Source of the DNA: a virus
Lineage: Duplodnaviria; Caudoviricetes
Virus record (IMG/VR): IMGVR_UViG_3300022173_000087
Span: 1 to 46,780 of that record
Length of the DNA stretch: 46,780 nucleotides
Strand: one strand, 5' to 3'
Below, in pieces: positions 44,114 through 46,780 of this stretch. Within the stretch, counting starts at the first letter, position 1. Each line of letters begins with the position of its first letter. The translations under genes were made by a program, and so were the position numbers. The notes under the pieces were generated by a model. It made no database searches. It saw nothing but the letters and a program-made list of their open reading frames with translations, and had not been told where the DNA came from.

Positions 44114-44479
44114 ATGGCATTGGCGAAGAACAGCATCGAAGGAAAGGCCGCCGACTTTCTACGGCGCATCGAAAATCTCGTGGCCGAAGGCGAGTCGGCC
44201 AAGGGCACGTACATGGCGGATTGCAAAGACCGCCGGAACGACATCAAGGGAGTCTACAAGGAAGCCAAGGACAGCGGCGTCCCGAAAAAGGCGCTTCAGG
44301 GCCTCGTCAAACAGCGCGAATTGCAGCGCAAGATCGAAGCGATTCCGGACGGGTTCGACGACGGCGATGCCAACGCATACGAAATCCTCGTTGCGGCGCT
44401 CGGCCCGCTCGGCGAAGCCGCAGCCAAGGCTGCCGGCCATGCTCCGAAGGGCGACGCCTCCGCAGCGTCGGCGCACTGA
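44114..44479 (+). CDS. GapR/DUF2312-like DNA-binding protein
   Basis: RRIENL...DIKGVYKEAKDSG..KKALQGLVKQR. Confidence 0.7.
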   Translation: MALAKNSIEGKAADFLRRIENLVAEGESAKGTYMADCKDRRNDIKGVYKEAKDSGVPKKALQGLVKQRELQRKIEAIPDGFDDGDANAYEILVAALGPLGEAAAKAAGHAPKGDASAASAH

Positions 44480-45087
44480 TGCGACTCGTCGGCCTCGATT
44501 CAGCGTTGCGAAAGTCCGGCGCCGCCCTGATGGACGGCGACCGGCTGATCGAGGCCGCCGCCTTTGAAAACAAGGCGGGCAGGCAGGGCAAAGCCTTCAT
44601 GGATTTCCGCATGTGGTGGCGGGAATTCCTGCAGCGCAATCGCCCGATCAACCGCGTCGCCATCGAAGAACCGTTGCGCTCCGACCTGCAGCGAACGGCA
44701 ATTTCTTTCGACGGACAGTCCGAGGCGTTCGGACAATCCATCCGCAGGGTCAAGCAACCGATCACCACGTATCAAACCCTTCGCGGGCTGTACGGCATCA
44801 TGGGTCACGCCATCGAAGTCTGCGAAGAACTCCGCATCCCGTACAAGGAAGTCAACGTCCAGGAGTGGCGGCAGGTTATTCATGGACGCCGCACCGCACC
44901 GAAAGGCACTGCCAACGCTTCCGAATGGTGGAAGCAACAGGCGCTCGATCGGTGCCGCCTGCTGAAGTGGTCCGTGCCGTCCAAGGACGCCGCCGAAGCA
45001 GCTCTGATCGCGGAATATCTCCGCATCAACCTTTCGCCGCTCGGCGCCGGGCACAACGACCTCTTTTCCGATCGGATCGTCGCTTGA
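44479..45087 (+). CDS. RuvC-like Holliday junction resolvase
   Basis: LVGLDS...G; VAIEEP; KDAAEAALIA; TGATG start. Confidence 0.7.
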   Translation: MRLVGLDSALRKSGAALMDGDRLIEAAAFENKAGRQGKAFMDFRMWWREFLQRNRPINRVAIEEPLRSDLQRTAISFDGQSEAFGQSIRRVKQPITTYQTLRGLYGIMGHAIEVCEELRIPYKEVNVQEWRQVIHGRRTAPKGTANASEWWKQQALDRCRLLKWSVPSKDAAEAALIAEYLRINLSPLGAGHNDLFSDRIVA

Positions 45088-46505
45088 ACGCAAACCCAAA
45101 CCAAGACCAATTCGAACTGCCGGCATCCGCGGAAGCGGAGCAAGCTTTGCTCGGCGCGGTCATGATGAACCCGGATGCGTATTTCGCGACGTGCGAGATC
45201 GTCGATCCGGAGTGCTTTTCCGAACCGGTGCACGGAACGCTCTGGAAACTCGCTGGCGCTCGAATCGAGCGAGGCGAGCGCGCAGACCCGGTGGCGCTAA
45301 TCGCGGCGCTCGGCAAGGATGCGACCGAAAAGGTCGGCCCGATCACGCTGCGTAAGTACGTGGCGCGGGTGGCGGCTTCGGCCACATCGGTCATCAACGC
45401 CACCGATTATGCAAGGACCGTGCGCGACCTCTACAATCGGCGCCGGCTGATTTCGTTTGGCCAGATGCTGGCCTATCGAGCCCACGGCGGGATCGACACA
45501 GGGTCGGTCGATGACCTGATCGAGGAAGCGGACCAGGAGTTGGGGCAAATCCGCTCCGGTAAAGCCGACACGTCCATCCGTTGGCTGCACGAAGCCGCTG
45601 GCGCCGCGGTGAAGCAGACCGCAGACGGATATCAGCACTCGGCGGATCGGAAGGTGGGCCTTCGCACCGGTATCTATGAGCTCGACAACCTGTTCGGCCC
45701 GTTGTTCGGCGGCGACCTGATCACAATTGCCGCGCCTTCCAGTCACGGCAAAACGGCGCTTCTGACGCAGATCCTGTGCGCGGCTTCGGAAAGCAGTCTC
45801 GACGCGACGCAGGGGCGTCCATCGTTCTTCGTGAGCCAGGAAATGACCGGGACGCAGATTGCGCGCCGGGTGCTGGCATCATGGACTCAGGTCTCAACGC
45901 GCCGGCAGCGTTCTGGCATGATCGACGAAGATGAATTCCGCAAACTGGAGGACGCCGCGCGGTCAGCCTCGCGCGTCCGCGTGCTGTTCGACGATAGCGG
46001 CCAGCAGAAGGCGTCGACTATTGCCCGCAAAGCCCGCGCCATGAAGCGCCTGCATGGCATCGGCGCAATGGGGATCGACCATCTATTGCTGATCAAGCCG
46101 GAGCATCCAAGAGATACCGCGGTGCAGACGGTCGAGCGGGCGGCGATGCTGTTCAAGCAATTGGCGAAAGACCTCGACATCGTGATCTTCCAACTGGCGC
46201 AGCTCACCCGCGAAAGCCAGTTCAACGCTAAGCACTGGCGGTTCTCCAGCCAATCCCTCTGGGGCGGCGATGCCATCAAGCAGAACAGCGATTTCGTGAT
46301 CGGCCAGACCTTCCCGCGCAAGTGGTTGCGCGAGCGCGAACCAGCCAACAAGGAAAGCCCGGAAGGACAGCGCTGGGATATTCAGATGGCGGAATGGGAA
46401 GGCAAGGTCGATATCGGCGCTCTGAAAATCCGCGACGATGAGGATGGATCGTGGTTTCCGCTGATGTTCGACGGGGCAACGATGACGTTCGGGACGAGAC
46501 GGTAG
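45084..46505 (+). CDS. dnaB: DnaB-like replicative helicase
   Basis: EAEQALLGAVM; Walker A AAPSSHGKT; SQEM; IDHLLLI; LAQLTR; AIKQNSD. Confidence 0.9.
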   Translation: MNANPNQDQFELPASAEAEQALLGAVMMNPDAYFATCEIVDPECFSEPVHGTLWKLAGARIERGERADPVALIAALGKDATEKVGPITLRKYVARVAASATSVINATDYARTVRDLYNRRRLISFGQMLAYRAHGGIDTGSVDDLIEEADQELGQIRSGKADTSIRWLHEAAGAAVKQTADGYQHSADRKVGLRTGIYELDNLFGPLFGGDLITIAAPSSHGKTALLTQILCAASESSLDATQGRPSFFVSQEMTGTQIARRVLASWTQVSTRRQRSGMIDEDEFRKLEDAARSASRVRVLFDDSGQQKASTIARKARAMKRLHGIGAMGIDHLLLIKPEHPRDTAVQTVERAAMLFKQLAKDLDIVIFQLAQLTRESQFNAKHWRFSSQSLWGGDAIKQNSDFVIGQTFPRKWLREREPANKESPEGQRWDIQMAEWEGKVDIGALKIRDDEDGSWFPLMFDGATMTFGTRR

Positions 46506-46506
46506 G

Positions 46507-46773
46507 CTATTTCCCGTATCTCGCCCGCACCTTCGCTTGCTGCGACCGCGTCAGACATTGCATCGCTCGCTTCTTGTCGTCTTCGCCCATCCTCGAAACC
46601 AGCGCATCGATCGCACTCCACGAGCGCGTGGCCAGAACGTACTGAACATCGACGCAGGTGAAGCCCATGGTTCTGTGGCCGGGTTCCGCGCGGGCCTGCG
46701 CCGCAAAGAACAGAATAATCAGCAACGATGCCGCAATTCCAGCAGCAGCGGCGGCGCCTTTCGCCGGGGCCAT
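46507..46773 (-). CDS. Small secreted/membrane hypothetical protein
   Basis: Signal-peptide-like N-terminus (ARA), two Cys. Confidence 0.45.
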   Translation of the reverse strand: MAPAKGAAAAAGIAASLLIILFFAAQARAEPGHRTMGFTCVDVQYVLATRSWSAIDALVSRMGEDDKKRAMQCLTRSQQAKVRARYGK

Positions 46774-46780
46774 GGTGGGT

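Overview
About 47 kb of a GC-rich temperate alphaproteobacterial (probably Hyphomicrobiales) podovirus-type phage. The minus-strand late region (1-21885) carries terS, an intein-containing terL, adaptor and tail genes, tail fibres, a GNAT protein and two giant modular ejection-type proteins. One of these is missing from the ORF track because it runs off the window; it carries InPase- and ART-like domains. Next come a surface O-acylation moron (SGNH, AT3, DUF5989-like peptide) and a long leftward early operon of small genes with an IS1595-family element carrying passenger genes. That operon also holds two tyrosine recombinases flanking an apparently intact attP, plus ERF/YqaJ recombination genes. 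A cI/cro switch with five operator repeats and a structured non-coding region follows, then a rightward operon (DnaA-CTD, GcrA, MT-A70, GapR, RuvC, DnaB). The most striking feature is a 384-aa intein in terL whose interior is dual-coding: a complete Zn-finger/HNH endonuclease ORF is nested in the +1 frame on the same strand, while the intein frame stays open. Second is a recurring [F/Y]A-x-GG motif at domain boundaries of the virion-internal proteins. All family assignments are by motif recognition; no database searches were run.
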